From assembly GCA_020073495.1 (NCBI GenBank), contig JAIQFD010000007.1:3891-67890 (forward strand): a stretch of DNA of 64,000 nucleotides. The letters are read 5' to 3'. Each line of letters begins with the position of its first letter. The stretch's first letter is position 1. Made by a program: the position numbers and the translations under genes. Below the pieces are notes generated by a model. The model made no database searches. It saw only the letters and a list, made by a program, of their open reading frames with translations, and was not told the origin of the DNA. This stretch comes from Terriglobia bacterium (GTDB taxonomy: Bacteria; Acidobacteriota; Terriglobia; Terriglobales; Acidobacteriaceae). Below, piece by piece: positions 18,955 to 28,660 of the stretch.

Positions 18955-21492
18955 TTACTGGGTCGAGAAGTCCTGCCGGAATCCGACGTTCTCGACGTCG
19001 CGGAACTTCGGGGTCCCCGGCGGGAGCTGGTTGGGGTCGAGGAAATTCACGTCGAAGGAGTACTGGCGTGTGGGTGCGGTGTACACCACATTGCAGCACT
19101 TGAACACCCCGACCGCATACTGCGAGTAATAGAGGCTGACCATCGAGCCTTTGTACCACATGGTGGCGTTGCCCATATCTTCCAGGTAGCGCAGGAAGTT
19201 GTGCACGCCGCCATCGGTGCCGAAGTCCTCGGCCGCTCCCCAGCCCGGCTGAGCAAACAGCTTGTTCTTACCGGTAGCGATAGCCAGCCGGTAGTACGTG
19301 GTCACACCGGCACGGGCCAGCGGCGGCGTGCCAGCATTGGAGTTCTCGTAATTGGGGTACTTGAGGCTGTCCAGGTTCCACCAGTTGTTGGTGAGCAAGA
19401 TGACGGCGTCGGCGATCACGGCGGCGTTGGAACCCTTCGGCCAGGTGTTGTCCACCGCGTTGTAGTTGCCCTGGACGTAGACCGGGTTCTCGCTAGCCAC
19501 GGTGAAGCCGGGCAGCGGCAGCTTGTTCAGGCCGCCATTCATCACCATGAGGGCGTGGCGGGCGCCGCTGACGCGGTTCTTGCGGCCCGTCTTCAAGCAA
19601 ATGGCGAGCTGGAGGGTGGGGTTGCCGTTGGCAGCACCAAAGCCAGTCCCAAGGTTGGCCGCGCCCCAGACATCAAGTTTGCCATTGCTGTCCCGGTCCT
19701 CTTCGGGATCCAACTTGCCATCCGGGGTGCCCGCCGCAATGGCGGCATTGATGTTGTCTTCGTATCCGTACTCGCCGTTAGTCTGGTTCCCGGCGTTCGG
19801 GTTGGGAAGCATGCCGCGGCGATCGGAGAAATAGAGGATGTAGCCGTTCTGGGTGGCGGACTCGACCTGGGTGCCGATGCCCGTACCGGTCTGGCCAAGC
19901 AACCAGCGGCGCAGGTTGTCCACGTTGAGCTCAATGATGTTCATCACACCGCCGATCCGGCAGGCGGTCACGGCGCTGTTGGAGACAGGATCGCGGTTCT
20001 CGCCTTCACGCGCGTCGTAAAGATTGATGGGATACCAATTGTTCTTAGTGGCAGCTGCGCCGGTGAAGACGGTGGGCTCAGCGCCGTTGATCGTGCCGCT
20101 GCCGTCCGTGTCCCGCGGCATTTGGAACACGAGGATGGCGTTGGGATTGATGGCGTTGGCGTAAGCCGCGCCTTGCGCCAGCAGTCCCCGGCCGATGCCG
20201 AGTTGCAACCACTCTTGGGTCGCGGCCTGAAAAGTCCCGTCGGCTTTGCGGAACTCGACCCTTATGAAGCCGTCGATCAGCGGAGTACCATTTGCCAGCT
20301 TCCAATCGGGGTCTATCGCCGGGTTTTCTTCTGCGAACCAGGTCACGCCGGCGGGAACCGGCACTCCGGCGGCGTAGGGAGCCACGTTCGCCAGGCGGAC
20401 GTTCTGCGCATCTCCGGCGCCGCCGGGAAGATCGGCAACGGCATCCGTGAGCAGCACTCGGATCTGGGCCTGTGTGTAAAGACGAGAGGCGGCGAGCAAG
20501 GGATCCACATCGCCCGCTGCGGGAGGCTTGCGGATGATCTGGATGGGATCAACGCCGGCCCCCGTGAAGGGCAAGGTCAGCGGCTTGGCGCCTGTAAGGC
20601 CGTTCACGATCAGGCTGTTGTAGGTGCTGGTTGAGATCTTCGTCCAGTTCCCGTTCGCCGCGCTGCCGACCCCACCCGTGAGGCTGCCTTCGGTCACCAG
20701 CAAGTTGCGGCAAGCCGGTCCCGGAGGGTTGGCGCCATTGTCGCAGCCGCCCGGCGCCTTGGGAATATAGATCGGTTTATCGCGGCCGGTGGCAACAACG
20801 CCGACGCCGTTGGAAAGAGTCTGGCGAATGATGTCTTTAACAGCCGAGATCTTGGAATGGAAGATCAGGCCGTTGGCGTTCGACTCGGCCAGGAACAGAT
20901 TGCCATTGGTGTGCACGCGGCCCGCAAAATCGAACATCGGGCCCGGGAAATAACTCAGATCGCTGTCGGAGAAAACCCCAAACTGGAACACGGGGATGAG
21001 GGCGACTTCGACGTTGCGGGTCATCTTGACCTCAGCGCCGCCGATACGCTGGGCGCCAACGGTCAGGGTCATCGAGACGATCTCGGCTACCAGTCCGGCA
21101 TCGGGCCCGGAACTGATATTGTGGACCGAGGTAACGGGAGTGACCCCATCCGCCTGGACGGGGACGACGTACAGATAGGTGGTGAAACCTACGTCCGGTC
21201 CCAAGTTCGGTTTGGCGTTGCTCAGATTCTGGATGTCCGCGGCGGTGGGGGCGGCCTTGACCTGGTACAACTGGCCGAGGTCGGACATCATCTTCTCCAT
21301 CCCGGCCTCGGCGTTGTAGTAGGCCAGGGTGTTGGACTGATCGTTGCTGCTGATCTTGGTTTCACTGTTGACGGTGTAGATCAATCCCACCGCCAAGGCC
21401 GACAACAGGAACAGCAGGAGCAAGGCGGCGATAAGGACGAAGCCCTGCTGATTGGATCTCGCTGACCGTTTCATGGTTTGCATTCTCCTCAC
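18955..21492 (-). CDS. Very large PilX-N-domain pseudopilin-like protein
   Basis: N-terminus QQGFVLIAALLLLFLLSALAVGLIYTVNSETKISSN...YYNAEAGMEKMMSDL is typical of the PilX N-terminal domain. 845 aa, last gene of the pilin-like operon. Confidence 0.7.
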   Translation of the reverse strand: MRRMQTMKRSARSNQQGFVLIAALLLLFLLSALAVGLIYTVNSETKISSNDQSNTLAYYNAEAGMEKMMSDLGQLYQVKAAPTAADIQNLSNAKPNLGPDVGFTTYLYVVPVQADGVTPVTSVHNISSGPDAGLVAEIVSMTLTVGAQRIGGAEVKMTRNVEVALIPVFQFGVFSDSDLSYFPGPMFDFAGRVHTNGNLFLAESNANGLIFHSKISAVKDIIRQTLSNGVGVVATGRDKPIYIPKAPGGCDNGANPPGPACRNLLVTEGSLTGGVGSAANGNWTKISTSTYNSLIVNGLTGAKPLTLPFTGAGVDPIQIIRKPPAAGDVDPLLAASRLYTQAQIRVLLTDAVADLPGGAGDAQNVRLANVAPYAAGVPVPAGVTWFAEENPAIDPDWKLANGTPLIDGFIRVEFRKADGTFQAATQEWLQLGIGRGLLAQGAAYANAINPNAILVFQMPRDTDGSGTINGAEPTVFTGAAATKNNWYPINLYDAREGENRDPVSNSAVTACRIGGVMNIIELNVDNLRRWLLGQTGTGIGTQVESATQNGYILYFSDRRGMLPNPNAGNQTNGEYGYEDNINAAIAAGTPDGKLDPEEDRDSNGKLDVWGAANLGTGFGAANGNPTLQLAICLKTGRKNRVSGARHALMVMNGGLNKLPLPGFTVASENPVYVQGNYNAVDNTWPKGSNAAVIADAVILLTNNWWNLDSLKYPNYENSNAGTPPLARAGVTTYYRLAIATGKNKLFAQPGWGAAEDFGTDGGVHNFLRYLEDMGNATMWYKGSMVSLYYSQYAVGVFKCCNVVYTAPTRQYSFDVNFLDPNQLPPGTPKFRDVENVGFRQDFSTQ

Positions 21493-21511
21493 TTGTTCCC
21501 CACCACAAGCG

Positions 21512-22639
21512 TTACTGGTAGCGGTCGCGGAAACTCAGATTCCTCGGACTGACCGCAGTCCCGAGGATGACTCGTTCAAAGCCGCGCCGCAGCAGTCCCT
21601 GCCGGGCGGAGCGGGCGGAAACCCAGACGTTGATCTTGCGAATCTGATTGGGGGTGAAGCCGCTCCCAATCGGGTCGGGCAGATTGTTGGTCGCCACCCC
21701 CGCGTTGTCATCGAAGACGTCGAAGGTGAGCTGCACGTTCTCAATGTTCTCCGCCACCGGATTGGGGACGTGGGCGCCGTCCTGGCGCATCAGCCGGGGG
21801 GCGTTGGGATTGGTGTTATCGATGCTGTAGGTCGCCATCAGGATCCGCGACATAGTGAGCTGCGGATTCTTGCAAACAGCCGGAGGGACCGGATTGGCGA
21901 ATGGCCCCAGTGAGGCGACGGTGCCGACCGCGGCATTGGACTGGTTGAACAAGAGGGGATCGTTATCCTTGAAAGTGATAGTGCCGGCAGCCGCGTTGAA
22001 AGCCGTCACCGTGCCGGCGGCACAGCCGTTGACGTTGCAGAGCTGTAACACGTCACCGACAGAGATGCCCGCGGCGGGGTCGGCCAACGGCGGGTTCATC
22101 GTCGCCGGGTTCACGGTCACCACTACGGAGGTGCCGGGGGTAACCTTGACGTCAGTCGCACACGCCTGACCGGTGTTGAAGTTGCTGTCGATATACGCGG
22201 TCAACACGGTGTCGCTGTTGACGCCCAGGATGTTTGGCCCGACGCCGGGACCAGGAGTGAGGGCGTATAGCCGATTGTTCGGAAAAGTGGCCCCCGCCAG
22301 ATAACACCCCGCGCTGGAACAGCCGTACACCTCATTGACCGAGCCCGCCCCGGAGGGAAGCTGGATGCCGCCGGTGGCGAACCCGCCCTGCGCCGCCATG
22401 CTGAGATCGTGGGCCATGAGGTTGACCGCCGCGCGGGCGTTCTGCTGCATCTCGGCGCGCTGGACCACCAGGTAACTGGCATCCATGCCCTGTTGGAAGA
22501 GAGTGACGGCGGACGCCAGGACGATCAACCCGAGGGCCATGGCGATCAGCACCTCGACCAGGGTGAAACCCGCCGCAGCATGGCGCTGGCCGGGCCGAAC
22601 AACGCGGATGGGAGCGTGCTTAACGGTATCTTGAGACAT
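21512..22639 (-). CDS. PilW-like prepilin-type minor pilin
   Basis: Prepilin cleavage/methylation motif AAGFTLVEVLIAMALGLIVLASAV followed by ...QRAEMQQNARAAVNLMAHDL. Confidence 0.75.
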   Translation of the reverse strand: MSQDTVKHAPIRVVRPGQRHAAAGFTLVEVLIAMALGLIVLASAVTLFQQGMDASYLVVQRAEMQQNARAAVNLMAHDLSMAAQGGFATGGIQLPSGAGSVNEVYGCSSAGCYLAGATFPNNRLYALTPGPGVGPNILGVNSDTVLTAYIDSNFNTGQACATDVKVTPGTSVVVTVNPATMNPPLADPAAGISVGDVLQLCNVNGCAAGTVTAFNAAAGTITFKDNDPLLFNQSNAAVGTVASLGPFANPVPPAVCKNPQLTMSRILMATYSIDNTNPNAPRLMRQDGAHVPNPVAENIENVQLTFDVFDDNAGVATNNLPDPIGSGFTPNQIRKINVWVSARSARQGLLRRGFERVILGTAVSPRNLSFRDRYQ

Positions 22640-23177
22640 AGCTCACGACCACGAATGGTTTCCACTGCACTTTGTTGCTGGTGTAACGGACCGACACGGT
22701 CAGCTTGCGCAGGTCGGGGTTGACAGCGCCGCCAGGTAACAGCACCTGCTCGATAAGGATCTGGCGCTGGAAGTTGGAAAAGGGAGTGACGACGTCATCG
22801 GGCGTGTTCAGCAGGCCGTCGGGGCCGGGAAAAACCATGGAATCGAGGGCTGGACCATCGTCGGCAGTGCCGAGGAGGCCGTCGTTGCCGGCGACGAGCA
22901 TGTTCTGCCAACCGTCCAGGAAGATGCCCGTGCCCGATGGATCGGACACGTTGCGGATCTGATCGAAGGTGATCTGTTGCGTGTTGCGCGCCGCGTAGAT
23001 GCTCTCCAGCGTCTCCTGCGCCTTCTGCTTGGCGATCAGGTCTTCTTGCGCGAACTGCATAGTGGCAACGCCCTGGGCAAACAGCGCCAGCAGGGCGAGG
23101 ATGCCGATGGCCAGGATCAGCATGGAGACCATGACCTCGATGAGCGTGAACCCACTTTGCGTCTTCCTTGGGTTCAT
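22620..23177 (-). CDS. PilV-like prepilin-type minor pilin
   Basis: MNPRKTQSGFTLIEVMVSMLILAIGILALLAL. The ATG at 23177 overlaps the upstream stop (ATGA). Confidence 0.75.
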   Translation of the reverse strand: MNPRKTQSGFTLIEVMVSMLILAIGILALLALFAQGVATMQFAQEDLIAKQKAQETLESIYAARNTQQITFDQIRNVSDPSGTGIFLDGWQNMLVAGNDGLLGTADDGPALDSMVFPGPDGLLNTPDDVVTPFSNFQRQILIEQVLLPGGAVNPDLRKLTVSVRYTSNKVQWKPFVVVSYVSRYR

Positions 23178-23770
23178 TGCCATGACCACACCCCTGCGTT
23201 CTGCACGATTCTCCAGCCCTTGATGCGGCCGGTAGCCCCGAACAAACTCACGGCGCGAGAGGTCTGGATCTGGCCGGGCCGGGCCAGGTAGAGCACGCCA
23301 TTGTTGATCGCGCCGTTCACGTCGCGTGCAGAGCCATCCGGCATAAAGAAGATCTGAATGCCATTGTTGAAACTGATAGCCGGGGCACCGGCACCGAAGC
23401 CGTCCGGAACTTGGTTGGCTTGCGTCGGGATCCCGGGCACGGCGAGGAACTGTACATCCCAGGGCAGGGTGACTGTCCGAATCAAGGTCAATTGCCCGTT
23501 CTGCTCCAGGCGCTGCGTCAGGATGGTTTGCGGCGCGATGAAAGTGATCCTGTACTGGCGACGCAGATCGACCGCCGATTGGCGGGCCTGACGGACTTCC
23601 ATGATGGCGGTCTGGTACGCCGTGTCCACGCGCGAATTCGCCACTGCCGGCCAGATGTTCATCATGGCCACGGCGGAGACGATCGCGATGATGGCGATGA
23701 CGAGCAGCAGCTCGATCAGCGTGAAGCCCCGGGTCCGGCGGTGCTCTGTCAGAAGCCTCTTTGCAAGCAT
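23174..23770 (-). CDS. GspH/FimT-like prepilin-type pseudopilin
   Basis: RRTRGFTLIELLLVIAIIAIVSAVAM... First gene of the four-gene pilin-like operon. Confidence 0.75.
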   Translation of the reverse strand: MLAKRLLTEHRRTRGFTLIELLLVIAIIAIVSAVAMMNIWPAVANSRVDTAYQTAIMEVRQARQSAVDLRRQYRITFIAPQTILTQRLEQNGQLTLIRTVTLPWDVQFLAVPGIPTQANQVPDGFGAGAPAISFNNGIQIFFMPDGSARDVNGAINNGVLYLARPGQIQTSRAVSLFGATGRIKGWRIVQNAGVWSWQ

Positions 23771-23979
23771 TGCATTAACCTCGCTCGAGCTTTACCCCAC
23801 AAGCTGGGATTCGACTCTGACGCTTGGTATCACGAGAGCAACTCGCATTCCAAGTCATTTCTCGCCCTAAGCTATTGAATTTTAAGCTCCGCGTACTCAG
23901 TGTCCCAACTTGGCGAGAGAACATAGCGTAACTTTTTGTTACATTTTTGGAAACTAGTCGGGAGTCAATGGGTCCGCTG

Positions 23980-24216
23980 CTACTGCCGAGCGGCCCAGAA
24001 GAAGCTGAGCAGCCCCAGGCCGACCACCGCCACCACCAGTACGGAGAGGAACAGGGGATTCGGGGATTTACGGAAGAACAATACGACAACGATAAAGGCC
24101 ACGAGGGCGAATACGATGCTTACAATCTCGTGGACCGTGAGCCACTGGCGAAGGGGACGAATGACTTGCGAGCCCAGTGGATCGCGGTCGGAAGTCTGAT
24201 TCACTTTGCCTCCCAC
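23980..24216 (-). CDS. Small two-TM membrane protein
   Basis: Two clear hydrophobic helices (IVSIVFALVAFIVVVLFF, LFLSVLVVAVVGLGLLSFFWA). Preferred over the plus-strand ORF 23947-24513, which has no such organisation. Confidence 0.5.
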   Translation of the reverse strand: MGGKVNQTSDRDPLGSQVIRPLRQWLTVHEIVSIVFALVAFIVVVLFFRKSPNPLFLSVLVVAVVGLGLLSFFWAARQ

Positions 24217-24479
24217 AGCTTCAGTGAAAAGACGATCACGATCCCAAATGCCGAGATGAACAGCGCCAGGTACGGCTCGTACGGCACTTCAGCCGCTCCG
24301 GAGATGGCGGCGAGCGCGAGCAGCGCCGCTGCAAGAAGCGAGAAAATCCCTCGATACACCCGCAGGCGTTGGAGGCGTTCGGCGGCATGCTCGCGGCGGG
24401 CCGCTGCCATGGCCTGGCGCCGGCCGGGGGGAACCTTGCTGGCCGGCATCCGTCTTGCAGCTTCAGAGATTTTGGCCAT
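24201..24479 (-). CDS. Small two-TM membrane protein
   Basis: Basic N-terminus then helices IFSLLAAALLALAAISGAA and YLALFISAFGIVIVFSLKLW. Overlaps the next small gene by 16 nt. Confidence 0.5.
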   Translation of the reverse strand: MAKISEAARRMPASKVPPGRRQAMAAARREHAAERLQRLRVYRGIFSLLAAALLALAAISGAAEVPYEPYLALFISAFGIVIVFSLKLWEAK

Positions 24480-24655
24480 GACTCGGCTGGACTTTACTAT
24501 ATTGCTTCCGTAGTTACAACGGGCAGTTCCTCACAAGTAAGGCAGTCCCCGGGGTTCGTAACGCATCGCGGCAAGGGTCGGCACAGGCGTTGCTAGGCGG
24601 CCATACGACCAAGTTAAAATGTCTGGCCGCCAACTGCATTCCGCAAGGGGGAACC

Positions 24656-25378
24656 GTGTCACTCGAATGTCTGCTGGTCCTCGGTGGTCCGATGCCCACA
24701 GCGGAACTGGCCAGAATCTTTGGGGACGTCGGATTCGAAGTGACCGCGTGCGACAGCGTAGCGCCGGCAGTTCGCAAGCTGCGAGAAGCCGACCTCAACG
24801 TCGTGTGCATCGATTGCGATCTCGAGGGCGGAGTGCAATTTCTCACCGAGCTTGGGCGGCATTCGTCGAACCGGAAACTGGTCGCGATCGCGGTCTGCGG
24901 GCAGGCGTTTTCCATTGAAGAGGCGCTGGACAAGGGCGCAAATCTCGTCCTGCAGAAGCCGGTGTCCCTGGAAACGGCGCGGCGCATCGTCCATGCGGCG
25001 CGATCACTCGCGGCCGGAGAGCAGAGGTTTCAATTTCGGCTGCCGGTGGAGATCCCTTTCACAGCCAAGCTCGAAGGCGACATGTCGGCAATCGAAGCAA
25101 ACATTTTCAATCTGGCGGAGAGCGGCATGGGCATCACCTGTCCGCGGCGGCTGCCGGTGGAACGCAAGATGAGCGGATCGTTCGTCCTGCCGGAGACGGA
25201 CAGCAGGATCCAGGTAAGCGGCGTGGTGGAATGGTCGGACGTGGACGGCCGCGCCGGAGTCCGCTTCGTCGGCATACCGTATGCCGCACAGAACACCATG
25301 GTGACCTGGCTGCGCCGCCAGTTCGCGCTGCTTCCCTACCGATCCAGGCGGCACCGAGCGGCCAGAACTGACGGATGA
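24656..25378 (+). CDS. Receiver-like domain fused to a PilZ domain
   Basis: GTG at 24656 after AAGGGGGAA. The CheY-like fold has VVCIDCD and LQKP but lacks the acidic pair at beta1. The C-terminal PilZ-like region has QRFQFR and NLAESGMGI. Confidence 0.7.
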   Translation: MSLECLLVLGGPMPTAELARIFGDVGFEVTACDSVAPAVRKLREADLNVVCIDCDLEGGVQFLTELGRHSSNRKLVAIAVCGQAFSIEEALDKGANLVLQKPVSLETARRIVHAARSLAAGEQRFQFRLPVEIPFTAKLEGDMSAIEANIFNLAESGMGITCPRRLPVERKMSGSFVLPETDSRIQVSGVVEWSDVDGRAGVRFVGIPYAAQNTMVTWLRRQFALLPYRSRRHRAARTDG

Positions 25379-25554
25379 CGACTGCTCTCCGGCGGCAGCT
25401 TGTTGCACAGATTTCGGCCTACATCGGTGTGGAACGTGGGGTCACGCTCGATCAGATCGCTGGCGTTCGCTTCCACGGTGACACGGGACGAAGCCGTGCC
25501 GATGCTGAGAGCCACCCGAGCCTTACAATGTAAAATGTCAAGCTGCCGCATCTT

Positions 25555-26301
25555 ATGACCATGAGCTCGGGCGAAAAACCCTCGCGCAGGCCCTGGCCGG
25601 GCGGCCCCGAAGCCCCGCAACTTTCTGAAGATAAGCGGGTTTCAAGAGGTGTGAGCAGCGTGGCCCTGAACCAGCCGGTAGCAGGTATTGCGCCGCGACC
25701 CAAGGACGCCGCGCCGCACTCTGCCGTCGCCCTGGATCAGCTCAGCGATGCCGAAGTGATGTTGCGGGTCCGCGCCGGGGATGACTCGGCCTTCGATTAC
25801 CTGGTGGCAAAGTTTCGGCGGCCGATGGTGCACTTCATGTTCCGCATGGCGCGGAACCAAGCCACCGCGGAAGAGCTGGCGCAGGAGGTTTTCCTGCGCG
25901 TGTACCGCTCCCGCAGCTCGTACTCGGCGGAGGCCAAATTCACCACCTGGCTGTACCGCATCGCCACCAACCTGGCGATGAATCACGCCCGGGACACGAA
26001 GCAGGAGCGATATGCAGCCAGCCTGGACGAGGCGGACGAGGAGACGGGGCTCCGCATCGACGTGGCCGACACCCGGGCCACGGCGGAGCAGGAGATGCTG
26101 CGACGGGAGCGGCTGGCGGCCATCCGGCGGCACGTCGAGGACTTGCCCGAGCGGCAGCGGCTGGCGGTGATCATGCATAAGTACCAGGGCATGGACTACC
26201 GGCAGATCGGCGAGGTGCTCAAGCTGAGCGAGTCGGCGACGAAATCGCTCCTCTTCCGCGCGTACGAGACGCTGCGGGAGAAGTTAAAGGGATTTATGTA
26301 A
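25555..26301 (+). CDS. ECF-type RNA polymerase sigma-70 family factor
   Basis: Region 2 (AEELAQEVFLRVYRS...FTTWLYRIATNLAMNHARD) and region 4 (QRLAVIMHKYQGMDYRQIGEVLKLSESATKSLLFRAYETLR), plus an N-terminal ~60-aa extension. Confidence 0.9.
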   Translation: MTMSSGEKPSRRPWPGGPEAPQLSEDKRVSRGVSSVALNQPVAGIAPRPKDAAPHSAVALDQLSDAEVMLRVRAGDDSAFDYLVAKFRRPMVHFMFRMARNQATAEELAQEVFLRVYRSRSSYSAEAKFTTWLYRIATNLAMNHARDTKQERYAASLDEADEETGLRIDVADTRATAEQEMLRRERLAAIRRHVEDLPERQRLAVIMHKYQGMDYRQIGEVLKLSESATKSLLFRAYETLREKLKGFM

Positions 26302-26315
26302 GCAGGGAGTTGGTT

Positions 26316-26780
26316 ATGGATTGCAAAGAGGCACACGGATATTTGCTCGAACAGGCCGAGGGCAAAGGCACCCCCGCCAACGAGCACGTACGCTCGTGCG
26401 CGAGCTGCGCCAAGGAAGTGGAATCGCTGCGGGCGACCCTGTCGCTGCTGGAGGAGTGGAAAGCGCCGGAGCTGTCTCCGTATTTCGATCAGCGGCTGCA
26501 GGTCCGGCTGCGGGAGGAGCGGGAAAAGGCGCCCGCGGGTGTGTTCGCCTGGCTGCGCAAACCAGCTCTGGCAGCGGCGTTTGCCCTGCTGATGGCGGCG
26601 GGTATCGCGCTGTTCCGGGCCACGCCGAACGGCAACTCCGGCACACCGCAGATCACGGCCCGCGCGACCTCCGCCGTGGCGGACCTGCAATCGCTCGACA
26701 AGAACGAGGACCTGTACGCGAATTTCGACCTGCTCGACGATCTGCCGAACCACGATGCGGGACAGGTGGAACAACAGTAG
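26316..26780 (+). CDS. Anti-sigma factor (zf-HC2 type, single TM)
   Basis: ATG at 26316 lies 7 nt after AGGGAG. MDCKEAHGYL...HVRSCASCAKE (H-x3-C-x2-C) and TM LAAAFALLMAAGIALF. Immediately follows the sigma gene. Confidence 0.8.
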   Translation: MDCKEAHGYLLEQAEGKGTPANEHVRSCASCAKEVESLRATLSLLEEWKAPELSPYFDQRLQVRLREEREKAPAGVFAWLRKPALAAAFALLMAAGIALFRATPNGNSGTPQITARATSAVADLQSLDKNEDLYANFDLLDDLPNHDAGQVEQQ

Positions 26781-26783
26781 GGA

Positions 26784-27437
26784 GTGGATTTGAAGGGGAT
26801 CAAGACAATCGGGGTGCTGGCAATCGCCGCCGCGAGCATCGCATTCGGACCGGCAGCGGCCGGGCAGGCAGGTGGCTGGCCGGAAGCGCCGCCGCAAGGT
26901 CCGCCGCCGGCCCGAGGCCGTGGCCCTGGTGGCCGCGGGCCGGGCATGGGACGCGGCCCCCACGAGAACCCTCCACACATCGGCCAATGGCTGAAGAAGA
27001 TCCAGAACCTGTCGCCCGAGGAGCAGGAGAAGGCGCTGGCCAACGATCCTGAGTTTCAAAAGCTTCCCCCGGAACAACAGAACCAGCTGCGGGAGCGTCT
27101 GCGCCACTTCAACTCCCTGCCGCCGGAGAAGCGGCAGCGCATCCTGGAGCGCATGGACGCGTTCGAACACCTCACCCCCGAGCAGCAGCAGCAGGCGCGG
27201 CAGATCTTCGGCCAGGTGCGCCAGCTGCCCGATGACCGCCGGCACGAGTTCCGCAAAGGGATGCGCAAGCTGGCGGGGATGAATCCCGATCAGCGGCTGG
27301 CGGCCATCGACTCACCCGAGTTCCGCGGCGCCTACAGCGACGACGAGCGTAACCTCATGCGCCAAGTCGTGAAGCTCAACATCCTGCCCCAGCATCCCGC
27401 CCCAGACGGGCCTGAACCCGGGCACGACCGCCGGTAA
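26784..27437 (+). CDS. Secreted DUF3106-like repeat protein
   Basis: Signal peptide, a Pro/Gly-rich stretch, then repeated ...SPEEQEKAL...PPEQQNQLRERL...PPEKRQRILERM...TPEQQQQARQIF motifs. Third gene of the ECF module (start GTG 26784 or TTG 26790). Confidence 0.7.
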   Translation: MDLKGIKTIGVLAIAAASIAFGPAAAGQAGGWPEAPPQGPPPARGRGPGGRGPGMGRGPHENPPHIGQWLKKIQNLSPEEQEKALANDPEFQKLPPEQQNQLRERLRHFNSLPPEKRQRILERMDAFEHLTPEQQQQARQIFGQVRQLPDDRRHEFRKGMRKLAGMNPDQRLAAIDSPEFRGAYSDDERNLMRQVVKLNILPQHPAPDGPEPGHDRR

Positions 27438-27537
27438 CTTCGAAGCCTGCCGAGAGAGACCATTTAGGCACGGCGACACAGAACTGGTCCTTCCTGTTCC
27501 GCTTTCCGTACCTCGGTGTCTCCCTGGTTTGGCCCTT

Positions 27538-28458
27538 TCATCCCCGCAGGATGTTCTTGGCGATGAAGAGTACGTTGGCGGGGCGCTCCGCCAGGCGGCG
27601 CATCAGATAGGGATACCATTCGGTGCCGAAGGGGATGTACACGCGCATGCGCCAGCCGTCCTTCACCAGCCCTTGCTGGAGGTCGCGGCGAATGCCGTGC
27701 AGCATCTGGAACTCGAAAGAAGCGGGCGGGATGCTCTCGGAGCGCGCGAAGGCAATGGTCTGACGGATGATGTTCTCGTCGTGGGTCGCGATGCCATGGT
27801 AGGTGCCGCTCTGGAGAAGGATCTTCATCAGGCGGACGTAGCTGGCATCGACTTCGGATTTCTTCTGGAAGGCGACCTCGGGCGGCTCCTTGTAAGCGCC
27901 CTTGCAGAGGCGGATACGGATGCGCTCGGCGAGAAGCGTCTTGACATCGGATTGGCTGCGCCGCATGTAAGACTGGATGACGGCGCCGACGGCGTCGTCG
28001 TTCGCGGGATCGCGGTGCAGGCGGTGGACGAAATCGAGAGTACGCTGGGTGTAGGGCGAGCCCTCCATGTCCACACGCACAAAGCTGCCCAGCGTCGCCG
28101 CGTGCTGCACGAGCGAGGTGACATTGTCGTAGGCGAGCTTCTCGTCCATATCCAGACCCATGTGGGTGAGCTTGACGCTGACGTTGGCGTTCAGCTTGCG
28201 CTCGGAGATCAGGTCGAGCAGCTGGTGGTAGAGCGCTGCACTCTGCTTTGCTTCCTCGCTACTGGTGACGTTCTCGCCCAGATTGTCGATGCTGACGCTG
28301 GCCCCCAAGTCATTGACCGCCTTGGTGGCGCGCAGAGCATCGTCGACCTGCGTACCGGCGACGAAACGCTGCGACATACGTTGGCCGGCGGAAGAACGCT
28401 CGGCGAATCCGCGCAGGGAGCGGCTCTCGGACAACCAAATAAATAATGCCCTCAGCAT
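27538..28458 (-). CDS. Stand-alone proline dehydrogenase
   Basis: ATG at 28458 (MLRALF...). Motifs VSVKLTHMGL, RVDMEGS, GIATHD, EFQMLHGI and YIPFGTEWYPYLMRRLAERPAN are typical of monofunctional PRODH. Confidence 0.85.
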   Translation of the reverse strand: MLRALFIWLSESRSLRGFAERSSAGQRMSQRFVAGTQVDDALRATKAVNDLGASVSIDNLGENVTSSEEAKQSAALYHQLLDLISERKLNANVSVKLTHMGLDMDEKLAYDNVTSLVQHAATLGSFVRVDMEGSPYTQRTLDFVHRLHRDPANDDAVGAVIQSYMRRSQSDVKTLLAERIRIRLCKGAYKEPPEVAFQKKSEVDASYVRLMKILLQSGTYHGIATHDENIIRQTIAFARSESIPPASFEFQMLHGIRRDLQQGLVKDGWRMRVYIPFGTEWYPYLMRRLAERPANVLFIAKNILRG

Positions 28459-28629
28459 GGGGCTCCAATGGTGGACCGGCGGGGCGGGCCCGGGGATGAA
28501 TCGGCGGCGCTGGCGCGTACAGTCATCGAAGAACGCACGACAGCAAACCGTCTTTTTTATCACACGCGGGTGCTGGGGTCAGCTATGACAGGGGTCACCG
28601 AGGCCGGGTTGCGGGTCACAGGAGAAAGC

Positions 28630-28657
28630 GCTCAGCATTCAGCTCTCAGCGCTCAGC
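28630..28657. repeat. Four tandem heptamers with a CTCAGC core
   Basis: gctcagc attcagc tctcagc gctcagc, ending 3 nt beyond the trxB stop. Confidence 0.7.
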
Positions 28658-28660
28658 CAG

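Noticed and set aside
23947-24513. Plus-strand ORF of 188 aa between the pilin operon and the PilZ regulator.
   Set aside because: It has a charged low-complexity N-terminal half and an R/A-rich C-terminal half. The opposite strand gives two small proteins with clean two-helix TM organisation, although these remain only moderately supported.
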